Source: the human T2T-CHM13v2.0 reference genome, Homo sapiens. From it: DNA of 64,000 nt. Both the position numbers and the translations under genes were made by a program. The DNA lies in assembly GCF_009914755.1 (NCBI RefSeq), contig NC_060927.1. One strand, given 5' to 3'. Position 1 is the stretch's first letter, and each line of letters opens with the position of its first letter. Below, one piece after another: positions 14,481 through 26,649 of this stretch. The notes under the pieces were generated by a model. The model did not search any database, was not told where the DNA came from, and worked only from the letters and a program-made list of their open reading frames with translations.

Positions 14481-14810
14481 CTTTTCTTTTCTTTTCTTTT
14501 CTTTTTTCTTTTCTTTTCTTTTTTTTTTTTGAGATGGAGTTGCCCAGGCTGGAGTGCAGTGGCACGATCACTCACTGCAACCTCCGCCTCCTGGGTTCAA
14601 GCGATTCTCCTGTCTCAGTCTCTGAGGTAGCTGGTATTATAGGCACGTGCCACCACGCTCAGCTAATTTTTTTTTTTTTTTGTATTTTTAGTAGAGACAG
14701 GGTTTCACCATGTTGGCCCAGGATGGTCTCAAACTCTTTACCTAAGGTGATCCACCCACCTTGGCCTCCCAAAGTGCTGGGATTACAGGCGTGAGCCACA
14801 GCACCTGGCC
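14481..14810 (-). mobile_element. AluSx-like with (CTTTT)n tail
   Basis: Antisense Alu. TSD t(g/a)ggtcttttctt at ~14476 and 14811. Confidence 0.92.
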
Positions 14811-15022
14811 TAGGTCTTTTCTTCCAACCCCATATTTACCCCTAGCACTACAAAACTTCTTACTTTAGAAATAGCAGTGGTAGAACCCAAGAAAGGACAT
14901 GCCATATCTCTTAGTTCTCTGAACTGGAATCAGGTGAGAGAGTCTCCTTGGCCCCGCAGCTCATCCGTCCTGATACGAGAATAAAGAGTTAGAGGACACA
15001 CCTTTAAAAAAGAGAATTAGAA

Positions 15023-15221
15023 GGTCAGGAAACATGGCAAAACCCCCTCTCTACAAAAAATACAAAAATTAGCCAGGCATGGTGGAGTGCTCCTGTGTGG
15101 TCTCAGCTACTCAACACGTTGATGTAGGGGGACCACCTGAGCCCAGGAGGTCAAAGCTGCAGTGAGCCTTGATGGTGACACTGAACTGCACGCAGCCTGG
15201 TGACAGAGTGAGACCCTGCCT

Positions 15222-15272
<51 letters not shown>
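15023..15272 (+). mobile_element. AluJ-like with most of the left arm missing and an A50 tail
   Basis: J diagnostics gagcccaggaggtcaaagctgcagtgag, gagtgagaccctg. Poly(A) 15223-15272. Probable TSD core agaattaga. Confidence 0.88.
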
Positions 15273-15274
<2 letters not shown>

Positions 15275-15799
15275 GGGATGTCGGGAGAGAGAAAGAATTA
15301 GAGGGAAATGAAAATGTCTAATCCAGCTTGGAGGTGCAAAAAGCAAAGAGGTGATGATGCACACCAAGTGTTAGTGGGATACCAATGGACCAAGAGTGGA
15401 AATATGAGGGGATAAGTTTCTGTTCAGTGTGGACAAAACCAGTTCTAAACCCAGACTTTATTGGGAGGAGCTCTGACTATGCCATTGACAGTCCTGCTGC
15501 CATTTTTTGAGATGTGCATCCTGAGATGTTCTCAGGGATGTTGAATACAGAGTCCAGAAGACTGTCAGACTGAGACCAATATCTTAATAACCTTAACTGC
15601 TTTAGCAGTAAGAATGCAAACTTTAAGACATACCACTTCCACTTTCCTGGGAGCCAAATTGGAATCAGGAAAAATAACCTTCTTATTCTCTGTGCCAGGA
15701 TCACTGCTCTTACAGTAATGGAGATTAACTTGGCCAGGGAGACATTGTGAAGGAACAAGTGTTACCAAATTGATTGAAGTGAATCTCCTCTGTATTTCT

Positions 15800-15985
15800 G
15801 AAGCTCCATGTGCATGACTCTGTCATTACCTTCATCACACTCCCTTCTCATTTCCTGTTGAGTTGCCTTTCTTCTCTCCTTGGCTGTGAACTCTTTGAGG
15901 GCAGGCACCATGTTCAACTCATCTTAACCCTACACAGTGCCTGGTCCAAGGCAGGCACTCCATATGTACTTATTAAATGGAAGGT
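15800..15985 (+). mobile_element. L2 3' end
   Basis: ctgtgaactctttgagggcagg...cacagtgcctgg...tacttattaaatgg. Confidence 0.7.
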
Positions 15986-16745
15986 TTGATGGGTAAAAAT
16001 GAAAAGAAGTGAGAAAAATTGTTTCCTAAAATCCAAATTGTGAGTAGGTAGGTGTCTTTGCTACACAAATACTTACTTTTAAAACTATCTCCCTGTTCAA
16101 GAACAGATTCTCCTTCATTTAGAAAGCCTGTTTAAGGCCTCTATTAAGCCTAGCCATGTAGCTATTACTCTTCTGCAGTTTAGTTTGAAGGGCTGTGTGA
16201 GGCAGGCATAATTTATAAGGGCTGACCCCATTCATCAGACAGTGGTCCAAGGAAGAAGAAAACCAGTGGAGAGCTAGCCAGGTGAGATGATCACAGCATA
16301 ATGTAACAGAAAACCATAGAATTAGATACAGACAGGTGAGTGTCTGACTGAGTTTGTTAAAGGTTTTCATGCCTTTCTCCCCCTCTAGGCTGTCAGCTTC
16401 TTTGGGCAAAGACTGAGTCATCTCTGCATTCTCAGCACCTGGTGCAATTTAAGCAGAAATATCTTGAAGATTTTTCGTATCTTCAGGGAGATTAGGAATG
16501 GGAATGGAATGGGAACGCCAATGCAGGAAGGATGAGAAGGTAGGGTTCTTTCCCAAATGGCCCCTGGCAATGAGGTAAGTGAGGAGGAAGAAGGGAGGGA
16601 AAAACTTTTATTTAGCACTAACTGTATGCCAGACACTGTGTATAATATTTTACATATATTACAGAAGGCGATTGTTTCCAAAATTTCTGAGATTTAACTT
16701 GTACCAAATTAACAATATTTTTGAAGTTTGGATATCTTATCTCTA

Positions 16746-17070
<325 letters not shown>

Positions 17071-17794
17071 TAATTTTCCAGGGCAAAAGGTGCAGTAACA
17101 AATACATTTGAAAAAAGTTGTGCTTTAAAAGACTCTTTTATTTTATATAAATACATCTTGAAAATTAGTTGAAGAAGGTAGCAAGTATCCATCATTATTT
17201 TGCATAGATTAAAAACATCTGGGTGTGTCTGAAAATGGAAAAAAACATACAATGTTATGTAAAACCCTAAATCTTTAGATATGAAAGCATGCATACAAAA
17301 ATAATACATTCTATTTAGTCTTTCTCATAATGAAAATTGGAATTTGCCAGGCTCACTCATCACCTTAAAATTGGTGAGATACATACTATACAATTTTTAT
17401 TGTTTGAAAATGCTTGTTGATCTGTAGCAAATTCTCTCATCCTTGGGAGTTGATGTAATCACATCTGCAAAACCAAAGCAGAGGATGATGCAAAGTTCTT
17501 TTGAGAAGATTTCTCAATACCATCTGTTTGCTCTGTCAGAGCCTTTCCTTTCCAAACTTCCCCCTTAGCCTGTGCATCTGGAGTGTCTCTATGAAGTCTA
17601 TGAGGTCTTCATCTAGCCTGGAACCCAGGCTAATGTGTCACCCTGTGACCCAGCCTGGTGGAGTCATTTTGGCTCATCCATCTGGGCTCCTTCCCCTCTA
17701 TCCATGAGCCATGGTGATATCACCCTGCAGCCATGAAGCCCAGTAGATCACACATTCACGCTATTCCCCCTGGAAGCCTCCTCTGTTCAACTCC

Positions 17795-18436
17795 CCAGTA
17801 AGCATTCCATTAAGCCAAAGCTTGATCCAGAGCAAAGCCTTAACTCTCTTCAATTCTATCAAGGATGAGAGAGGTGAGGAAGCTATATAAGAAAAGTTCA
17901 AAGCTAGCATATGTTGGTTCATAAGGTTTAAGGAAAGGAGCCATCTCCATAACATAAAAGTGCAAGGTGAAGCAGCAAGTGCTCATGTAGAAGCTGCAGC
18001 GAGTTGTCCAGAAGAACTACCTAAGATAATTGATCAAGGTGGCTACACAAAACAACAGATTTTCAATGGAGACGTAACAGTCTTCTATTGGAAGAAGACT
18101 TTCACATCTAGAGAAGATAAGTCAATGCCTGGCTTCAAAGCTTCAAAGGACAGGCTGACTCTTGCTAGGGGCTAAAGCAGCTGGTGACCTTAAGTTGAAG
18201 CCAATGCTCTTTTACCATTCCAAACATCTAAAGCTCTTAATGTTTATGCTAAATCGACTCTGCCTATGCTTCATAAATGGGAAAACAAAGTCTGAATGAC
18301 AGCATATCTCTTTGTAGCACAGTTTACTGAATATTTTAAGCCTATTGTTGAGATCTACTGCTGAGAGAAAAAAAGATTTCACATTGTTGTGGTGATCTGG
18401 AACCAAACCCACAATATTTTTGAAGTATGCCCATGT
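17795..18436 (+). mobile_element. Tigger1 (TcMar-Tigger) fragment: transposase segment joined to the right terminus
   Basis: Frame 17960-18175 reads [13 protein letters not shown]...[17 protein letters not shown]...FYWKK...[14 protein letters not shown] (Tigger1/TIGD1-type transposase). Ends with gtggtgatctggaaccaaacccacaatatttttgaagtatgcc, similar to the Tigger1 3' TIR. Confidence 0.9.
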
Positions 18437-18996
18437 ACTCCTTTTCTTCTATCTAGTTTTGAACCAATTGGTTCAAAATTGAACCAATCAGGCAGCTGGT
18501 GTCCAACATATCAGCTTTTTTGATGGTATAGATTAGGTTGGTGAATGTGATTTAGGTGCAGGAAGAATTAACTTCCTATTCTGCACCCAGAATCAGACAG
18601 ACCCACCTGTCATAAGCCCAGCTGGGCAACCACCAGCCTTCTCATATGGAGCCTCTTATTGCAAAGCTTACAGCACAGAATTAGAACAGAATGCTTGCTT
18701 TCTGTGAGCAGTCGACTCCCTAGAGGAAGGAGAGAGAAAAGACTGAGCTACTTTTGCCTAGTTCCTTTCCTAAACTCACCAATAAGATCAGTCACTCTTA
18801 TTGGACAGGAACCATTAAAGGAGCAGATAGACAGTAGAGCATCACTCTCACTGAACACCCACCACATGGAAGGAAATATCAGAGTAGGGAATACCCATTG
18901 TCCTCCTATGGAAACCTGAAAACAGCCACATGGAAAAATGATGAGAAATGTAAATTGGATTTTGTGGACTCCAGCTGGACACACTTTTGCCATCCT

Positions 18997-19043
18997 ATTG
19001 ATTTTTTTAAGTATCAGATTGATTTTTTTTAAGTATCAGATTG
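18997..19043. repeat. Tandem duplication of a 21-22 bp unit
   Basis: attgat(t)6-7aagtatcag occurs twice, followed by attg. Confidence 0.9.
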
Positions 19044-19681
19044 TCTTGTATCTTGAGGAAAATATGGTATGTGTTTTTATGTGTATACACACACATATTC
19101 CTTCTGACCATGACATTGTAGATGGATGTACACAAAAGCAATTTTAGTCTGTAAAGTAATTTTGTGGGACCTCATACGTCCCCCCCAAGCCTGCAGACAC
19201 CCTGTATAATCTGGCTTTTCTCATGGAGTCTGCCTGAGAAAAAGCCTTGCTTTTCCCTCTGCTCTGGGGCCTTTGCCTGATACTTATGATTTTGGCTCTC
19301 TCCATTGGTTATGAGCTGATACAGCTTTATATAGTCTGGTCAACAGGCTACATGGGGTTGGGGTGTGGAGGGGGTGTTCTACAGTGTGACTTTATAAGGT
19401 ATTTGTTTAGTGCATATTCTCTCAGATCTCATTCAGGAAAAGTGGAAATATTCTGTCCTTTTCAATATGCTCTCATCCTCCCTGCTACAGTAGTCTAGGC
19501 CTGGGGAGCTATGAATTGTGTGGATGGGCTAGTTTCCAGACTTAGGTCTTAGCTCTGTTTCCATTATAGTGAAGCTGCTCAACAACTGGATGTCCCTTTG
19601 GAACAATAAAAGGGATATCACTATTTCCATAGATCCTTAGTTTAGCGTGAAAAAAAAAATACTCTAGTTATTCTTGATGTG

Positions 19682-20127
19682 TACTACAGTTTGGATGTTT
19701 GTCCTCTCCAAATCTCATGTTGAAATTTGATCCCCAATATTGGAGATGGGGTCTAATGGGAGGAGTTTGGGTCATGGGGTCAGATCACTCATGAATAGAT
19801 TAACACCTTCCCTGAGGGTGGAGGTGGAGGTTAGGGTGAGGAGTAAGTTCTCTATTAGTTCCCAAGGGAGCTGGTTGTTAAAAAGAGCCTGGCACCTCTC
19901 CTCTCTCTCTTGCTTCCTCTCTCAGAATGTGATGTCTGCGCAAGCTGGCTCCCCTTTACCTTCTGCCATGAATGGAAGCAGCCTGAGGCTCTCATCAGAT
20001 GCCTAATCTTTAACTTTTCCAGACATAAGAATTATGAACCAAATCATCTCAATTATGAGCTTTTTTTTCCTTATAAATTACCCAGTATGAGGCATTCCTT
20101 TATAGCAATGCAAAATGGACTAAGACA
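19682..20127 (+). mobile_element. MSTB/MSTB1 MaLR solo LTR
   Basis: tactacagtttggatgtttgtcctctccaaatctcatgttg...aaaatggactaagaca. Perfect 5-bp TSD atgtg (19677-19681, 20128-20132). Confidence 0.93.
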
Positions 20128-20619
20128 ATGTGTTTTTATATATCAGTGTCCCCTGGTCCATTATTATTTGTAAAACTTACTAGATGGCAAAAAAATCAAT
20201 TACTATGTGCTGATTTGGACATGAAATAAGAATTTGAATTCTGTGGAATTTCTCTTGTGGAAGTTGGGTCAAGATCTCAGCCTCTTTTTCAGGCTGAGAA
20301 AAAGTTCAGTATCACTGGTATGCAAAAGGCAAAGGAAGCAGGGGCTGAGGCTTACAGTGTGCCAGATGCCATTGTAACTGCTTCACTGGCCTCATTACAA
20401 AATTATCTATAATCTCTTCTGGGTCTAATGGGACTATAGTTTCTAAAGCTTTGGGGTTCAGTTAAAACCAAAGTGGGAATGTACTTTAGATTTCATGGTT
20501 AGAGCCCTTCTGATTGATATTAGATTGTTACTACCTCCTGAAGATTTTATCATTTTAATTTGTTGAATATGACTGGATTTCATACCGAAATTCAGTATTT
20601 GTTGACTACAATAAGTAGT

Positions 20620-20975
20620 TGTTGAATACAACTACTTATTGAGTGCCCATCATGTGCCAGGCTCTGTGCTGGGCACTGGGGATTAATATATACTCAAATA
20701 GTTGAATGAAGAGAAAGATATTCTGGCAAATCATTGCAGTTTAAATAAGCATTATGAAGTGGATTACTAGAAACAGTGGAAGGATAGAAGAGATATGGAA
20801 GACTGCCTGGGTGAGACATGAGTAACTTCAGCTGAACTTGAAGAATGAAGGGTATTTTTCAAGAGAATATATAAGAGATAGGACTTCCAGGCAGAGTAGA
20901 AAGGCACTGATGCCTTATATAACATGGCATGTCTGGACAACTTCAAAAAGTTTAGTATCATTGGCATGCAAAGGT
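20620..20975 (-). mobile_element. L2 3' fragment
   Basis: tacttattgagtgcccatcatgtgccaggctctgtgctgggcactgggg and ttccaggcagag...aaaggcactga...aacatggcatgt. Confidence 0.7.
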
Positions 20976-20991
20976 AAAGGAAGCCAGGGCC

Positions 20992-21180
20992 GAGGCTTAT
21001 AGTGTGCCAGATACCATTCTAACTGCTAAATATTTATTATCTCACTTAATTTCTACAACACTATGAGGGTGGTACCATTTGCCCCATTTTATAAAGGAGC
21101 AAACTGAGCCTTAGAGGGGTTACATAACTTGTTCAAGGTTACTGGTAGATGGTAGAAATGAGATTTGACCCTCCTGAAGA
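20992..21180 (-). mobile_element. MIR
   Basis: gtgccagataccattcta...ccccattttataaaggagcaaactgagccttagaggggttacataacttgttcaaggtta. Confidence 0.8.
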
Positions 21181-21819
21181 AGTGACATTATTAATGGCTA
21201 TGCAAAACTGCTTCCCCAATATTTATCTTCTTACTCCAGCTCACAGAAAAACTTTTCTGGTTTTTGCTCTCATCAAGTAGCTGCCAAAGTACTTGTTTTT
21301 AATCAAGATATTTTTATCTGCAAGGTCATCAAAGATAGCTGGTGTGTGGAATGCAGCCATTGTACAATATCATCATTCCTTGGCTGAAAGGAATGTGGAT
21401 CAGACCCTATTTCTCCAAATACGACAATTGCTGAATGGCAAATTATTTCAAGTTCAAATCGGAGGTTTGAACTTGAAATAATTATTATCAGCTAATCAAA
21501 TTGCAGCTTCACCAAAATCTGGGCTTCAGCAGACTTTGAGCTGTAGAGGGAGTTTTGGAGAAAGCTGTATATTTGAAATTATAGAGGAATGAGTATGTTT
21601 ATGAAAAAGCATTAGAAAAACAGATGCCTTTATCAGTTTCATGGCTTTGCTTCTTGTGAGTCTCTTTTCATTCTCCAAGCACCCTAGTCTGTGGATGAAG
21701 AGCCAGCCTGGGATGATGGAAATCCCAGCGAACCTGCAGCTTAAGATCTCAAGTTTGGTCACATAGGACACGTAGAAGCTTGAGCATGAAAGTTTCTCTT
21801 TTTAATTTCCTTCCCTGTG

Positions 21820-22072
21820 TGGACAAGGAGTTAAAAGTTCAGGTTTGAGGGCCAAAATTCCAGAGCTTAAATCCTAGCTTTGCCAATCCCCAAATGTGTG
21901 CCCTTGGACAGGATACTTCTTGCGCATTGGTTTGCACATCTGTAAACCAGGGAGAGTAGTAATACCTACCTCATGGGGCTGTTGGGGACAGTAACTGAGA
22001 TAATTCATAGGAGAAGCTTAGAATAGCGTCCAGCACAAAGTAAGAATGCAAAAAATGTTAACTTTTATTATT
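21820..22072 (+). mobile_element. MIR, near full length
   Basis: aaatcctagctttgcc...cccttggaca...catctgtaaa...atacctacctcatggggctgttg...cttagaatagcgtccagcacaaagtaag. Confidence 0.85.
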
Positions 22073-22517
22073 GTTGTTTTCTTCTAGTTCTTGACTTCTC
22101 TGCCCCATTCAAGCCTAAGTGTTCCCTTAGCCCTACAGAAAGCTAGAAGAAAATCGTTCACTTCCTCTTTAATTTTTTTTCTACTTAAGGAAGACCAGTG
22201 TAAACATCTGTGCATTATAGTACAGTGCAGGTATGAAGGAGCCAGACCTGTAGCCCTGGTGCAACACATTTGGCATTCAGTGTGCTTTGTAGGCTGCTGC
22301 TCCTCACAACGGACAAGAATCCATTTAGTTTCAGATCAACAATGGTAGCTTTACTTCCTTTTTGCTCTCTGGTGGGAATTGCGGTCTTTTTGCCATAACC
22401 AGGCATTATGATCTGTGTATAATGGAAAAACAAATATTGATGAACTTTTTATTTATTTCTTTTAATGAGGGGAAGCTTACTCTTTTCAGTTGAAAAATTC
22501 TACTGGAAATAAATCAT

Positions 22518-22568
22518 ATTGCTATGGAAACCCTGCCCAATCAGCACTGAAGTGTGGTTGCTATATAT
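22518..22568 (+). promoter_or_regulatory. Candidate RFX X-box + CCAAT box + TATA-like module
   Basis: attgctatggaaac (22518-22531), ccaatcag (22537-22544), ctatatat (22561-22568) in non-repeat DNA. Motif match only. Confidence 0.3.
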
Positions 22569-23029
22569 GTTCTTTGAATGTACATGCTATCAGCATTACA
22601 TTTTGGCACGTATTTGACTTCCAATTCTGTTTCCACAGTGTTAGACTAGAGCCCATCCGCTGACTGCTTCTCTGTTCAGTCTTTTAGGATTCCTTGCTAT
22701 CTTTGGGATGCTGAATCATGTAGAAACCACAGAAATCCTGTGATTAGTTCTGGCTCTGCAACTTCTGTCCTGGGGCAGGTTTCTAGTCTTTCTGATCCAG
22801 TAAGATTATCTATAAATTCTTTGGACTATAAAAATAAAAACAATATCTTATAAGGTTTCGGTGAAGATCAAATAAAGTCATAATATGAATAAGTACTTAA
22901 TACATTCTAAAATGCTATATAAAGGTAAAATAGTTTTGCTTCCAGAAAAGCTACCCACTGCATAAGTTACACATCTCAAACAATCTTTGGAGTTTCTGTT
23001 TTTTTTCCTTATAGTTGGGTTATGAGAGG

Positions 23030-23262
23030 TATGATGATGTAGAAGATGAATGCAGACCCACTGTGGTAAGAATCCCAGCAACATTACTCACTGTTTATAT
23101 ATGCAATCTTGGTCGGGTTACTTAACCTTTCTAAGCTTCACTTTCTTTATCTTTAAAATCAAAATGGTAGAATTTATATCCAGGATTATTTAGTAGATTA
23201 GAAAAAAATTATATGTTAAACACAGTGCTTGGCAGATAGATAACCACTTAAAAATGGTACTT
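23030..23262 (+). mobile_element. MIR
   Basis: gaatcccagc...cttggtcgggttacttaacctttctaagcttcactttctttatctttaaaat...cacagtgcttggca. Confidence 0.7.
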
Positions 23263-23722
23263 ACTGCTGAAAATAATGATGCTGTGCCCAAACTGACAAC
23301 ATCAAACAAATTCTAAACTACTCAGCAATTTGGAACTGGTTTATATCAAAGAGAATACCATTTGTCAACACCTGAAAATTCTTATTTATTCTAGAAGAGC
23401 ATTCATTTAGAAATGACAACTCCTCATAGATTCTGCAACATTCACTGAGTATCTACTAAGTGCACAGAAAGATGAATAGAATGGCAAAGTTCTTATCCTC
23501 CATAGTGCTATAACTTGTGGAAGTATAATAAAGTTGCACACGAGTAACTGCAATGCTTGTGGTAACTCACTGATAATGTTCATGTGACAAGTAATTTCAA
23601 TGAATATAATAGAATGATCAAGAATGCAAAAATGAATTCTTTCAAGCAGAATTTCTTGCACAAGAGTCTATGAAAACTCAGAATGAGAGAAACAGGTGCC
23701 ACAACTCATAGATATGGAGACA

Positions 23723-24079
23723 TGTATTAGTCCATTCTTATGCTGCTGATAAAGACATACCCAAGATTGGGTAATTTACAAAGGAAAAGAGGTTTAATGG
23801 ACTTACAGTTCCACGTGGCTTGGGAGGCCTCACAATCATGGTGGAAAGAAAGGAAAAGCAAGTCATGTCTTACATGGATGGCAGCAGGCAAAGAAAGAGA
23901 GCTTGTGCAGGGGAACTCCTCTTTATAAAACCATCAGATCTTGTGAGACTTATTCACTGTCATGAGAACAGTACAGGAAAGACTTGCCCCCATGATTCAG
24001 TTACCTCCCACCAGGTCTCTCACACAACTCGTGGGAATTCAAGATGAGATTTGGGTGGGGACACAGACAAACCATATCA
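23723..24079 (-). mobile_element. THE1B (or THE1A) MaLR solo LTR
   Basis: tgtattagtccattcttatgctgctgataaagacatacc...gggtggggacacagacaaaccatatca. Perfect TSD agaca (23718-23722, 24080-24084). Confidence 0.95.
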
Positions 24080-25356
24080 AGACAGCAGTGATATATCTGT
24101 CCCTGCAAAGCTTTGCAGAGTCTCTGACTGACCCTAAGGTTGAAAGTCAAATTGGAGGAGAGAGTGCTAATTATTATACAGGATGACTTTGTACCCTATC
24201 TCTGCCTGATAATTACCATCAGTACTAGTATAGTCACCAAAACATTCAATCTGAAGAGAAGTTGAAAATACATGGTGTCTCTGAGCCAAAATTGACCCTT
24301 GATGAAGAGAAGAAGTTGGTCTAAATTGAAACAGAACTATCAGTAATTCAATCAAGGAATGCTAAGTCAGAGCCAAGAAAGAGGGAGCATCTCATTTTCA
24401 GTTGTAGAGATTATTCAGCTCGGCTTATTTGGTAATTTAAATGTAGTCATACTTTAGTTGTAATGCACATAAATAGCACTTTGGTCATGGATCAAATGTG
24501 ATAAATTTTAATAAATTTCTGAAGCAATACAAAAACTGCATGTACTCATTTTCGTCTTCACACACACATGTTCAAACACACACATGTGCATACACACACA
24601 CAAGTGGACCCTGGATTAGGATGCTTTCGTAACTCAGTGAATTATTCTCCTCCCACCAGCAGAGTGAAATGGCTATTTTCTTTTCTTTCTTTCTCTTCCC
24701 TCTCCATCCTTTCCCTTCCTTTCCCTTTTTTGTTCTTTTCTCCACTCACGACTCCCTCCCTTCTTTTAAACCTTTTTCTCCTGTCCATGATTTTAAGGAC
24801 AACGGGATGCCAGTGGAAGGGCAAATCAGTGATTTAGAACTGGCAAATCTCTCAGACTGTTATGCCTCATTTGGAATTTTCAGCACAGAGATAACAATGC
24901 GTGCCTCCAGATGGATGGTGGGTCTAAATCTTGCCTCAGGCTTCCTTTGTGGGAGGCATTTGAGCATTTATTGAGCCTTTCTAGAAGGAAATGCCTTGAA
25001 GAGTGAGATGATGCAGTAAAGAGTCTATAGTGCACTCCAGAGGGGATATGTGGAGGCATATTTAGAATAGTTCTCTTTTCCATAAAGAAATTGAATGAGA
25101 ATGAACATTTTCCCTGAGTAAAGTGAATGCAGAATCATAGAAACTCCATGAGTATCTATTGAGTGAATAAATTGGCCAATGAGGAAAAAGTAAAAAGGGT
25201 TTATGAAGATAAAACATGAAGAATGAGGGAGTAAGATTATGAAAGCTCCACAATAACCTATATCTGCTTACATTTTCCACCTCAAATTATAGCTTCTAGT
25301 TTTCCTCTCAGCATGGTCTTCCTGTGCTGCACCTTCTCAGTCAGAACTCCACATTC

Positions 25357-25361
<5 letters not shown>

Positions 25362-25402
<41 letters not shown>
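25362..25402. repeat. (CA)20 microsatellite
   Basis: Perfect CA run. Confidence 0.95.
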
Positions 25403-25406
<4 letters not shown>

Positions 25407-26649
25407 TCCAACGATTCCTACTGACCTGTACCTAGAATCACCATTACTGAACCTTGAACCAAGGCTAGGTAGACCCCATTCCCTATAGATATGTTTAATA
25501 CAAGCTCTCTGACATTAGAGACCCAACTATCAACCATGGCATTCCAACAACATTGGCCACCCTACTTTGGTTTGCCTGTGTGAAAGTCTTTGGGTCCTGA
25601 TGTTCCCATTCAGATGGTCTTATGTAAAGATCAAGGTCTTGTGGGAAAATCAAGGAGACTTATTCCAACTCCCACCCATGTCCCAGAGACCTTCTGTCTG
25701 GACCTGTTGCATTAACTTGGTCTGCTGAACTGAAGGGAAGTGTTGTTCCTTTGTGTGAAGTGTCCCAAAAGAATAGGTTTTCAAACTGGAGTGAGTCAAA
25801 ATACAGAGGATGTAGAACAAGGGTGTCAAAAAGGGAAGTCAGAGCACTCATCAAACACTTCCATTCGTGGAGAGCTCTAGCCCCATCTTGGACTGACTTC
25901 TCGCCCTTTGGCTTTTCATTTTAGACACAGCCCCGGGCTGCTTGCCAAGAGCTGAAGGAGCTCAGAGCAACAATGTAATCTGTAATGATGAAATCTTATG
26001 TCCAGCCATTCACTTCTGCCCACAGCAGAAATCTTAGCCTCAGGTATAACACTCAAAAACAGCTGTGCTCTTTTCAGGTTTATACTAGACATTTTCTTGG
26101 TTCATTATTGTCTAAATGTTGAATAAAATGAAAAGAAAATGCTCACTTAAGTTACTTCTTTGGGATCACATTATAAAATGACATCCTTTTAATACTTTAG
26201 GACCGAATAAACAAAGCAACGCCAACACCAACAAAAACCAAACAAAAAAGAAAGTACAAGCTTTATGCTCAGTAGTAGGTCATTTGAGTCAGGAGGTCAT
26301 AGTTAGATCTACAGCAAGCTGGATGAAATGATAAGAAACAGAATGGAGAAGAATATAACTAACTTGTGTAGTGTGACTTCTCCATATGATGGGTGCTAGA
26401 GTTCTGAGAACTGATGAGACCCCATTTCTAGCCTAGGGTATAAAAAGCAGTGAGCCAGTGGGCTGGAAGCTGATTCCATTAACCACCAAACCTCAGACAC
26501 CGAGGAACTTCATCCACTCTTTCATGTGTATCCTTAATACTGGCAGTGTGCTGGTCTGTGAAAGAGTGCTTTCTCTGAGTCTTAGCTGTCTTTCTTGTCC
26601 AGTCTTCTAATCCCACTCCAACCTTTATGGACTGGTCTAGCTGAGAACA

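Noticed and set aside
17960-18175. TIGD1-like CDS
   Set aside because: A short frame within a stop- and frameshift-ridden Tigger1 fossil, not a domesticated gene.
18555-18587. Bulged hairpin ggtgcaggaag...cttcctattctgcacc
   Set aside because: Short interrupted stems, within chance expectation.
23815-23827. PRDM9 hotspot motif position in THE1B
   Set aside because: The reverse complement is CCTCCCAAGCCAC, which lacks the T at position 7 of CCNCCNTNNCCNC.
26515-26568. 10-bp IR (cactctttca/tgaaagagtg) enclosing tggcagtgt, the miR-34/449 5' sequence
   Set aside because: The seed-like word lies in the loop rather than an arm, and the rest does not match miR-34/449.
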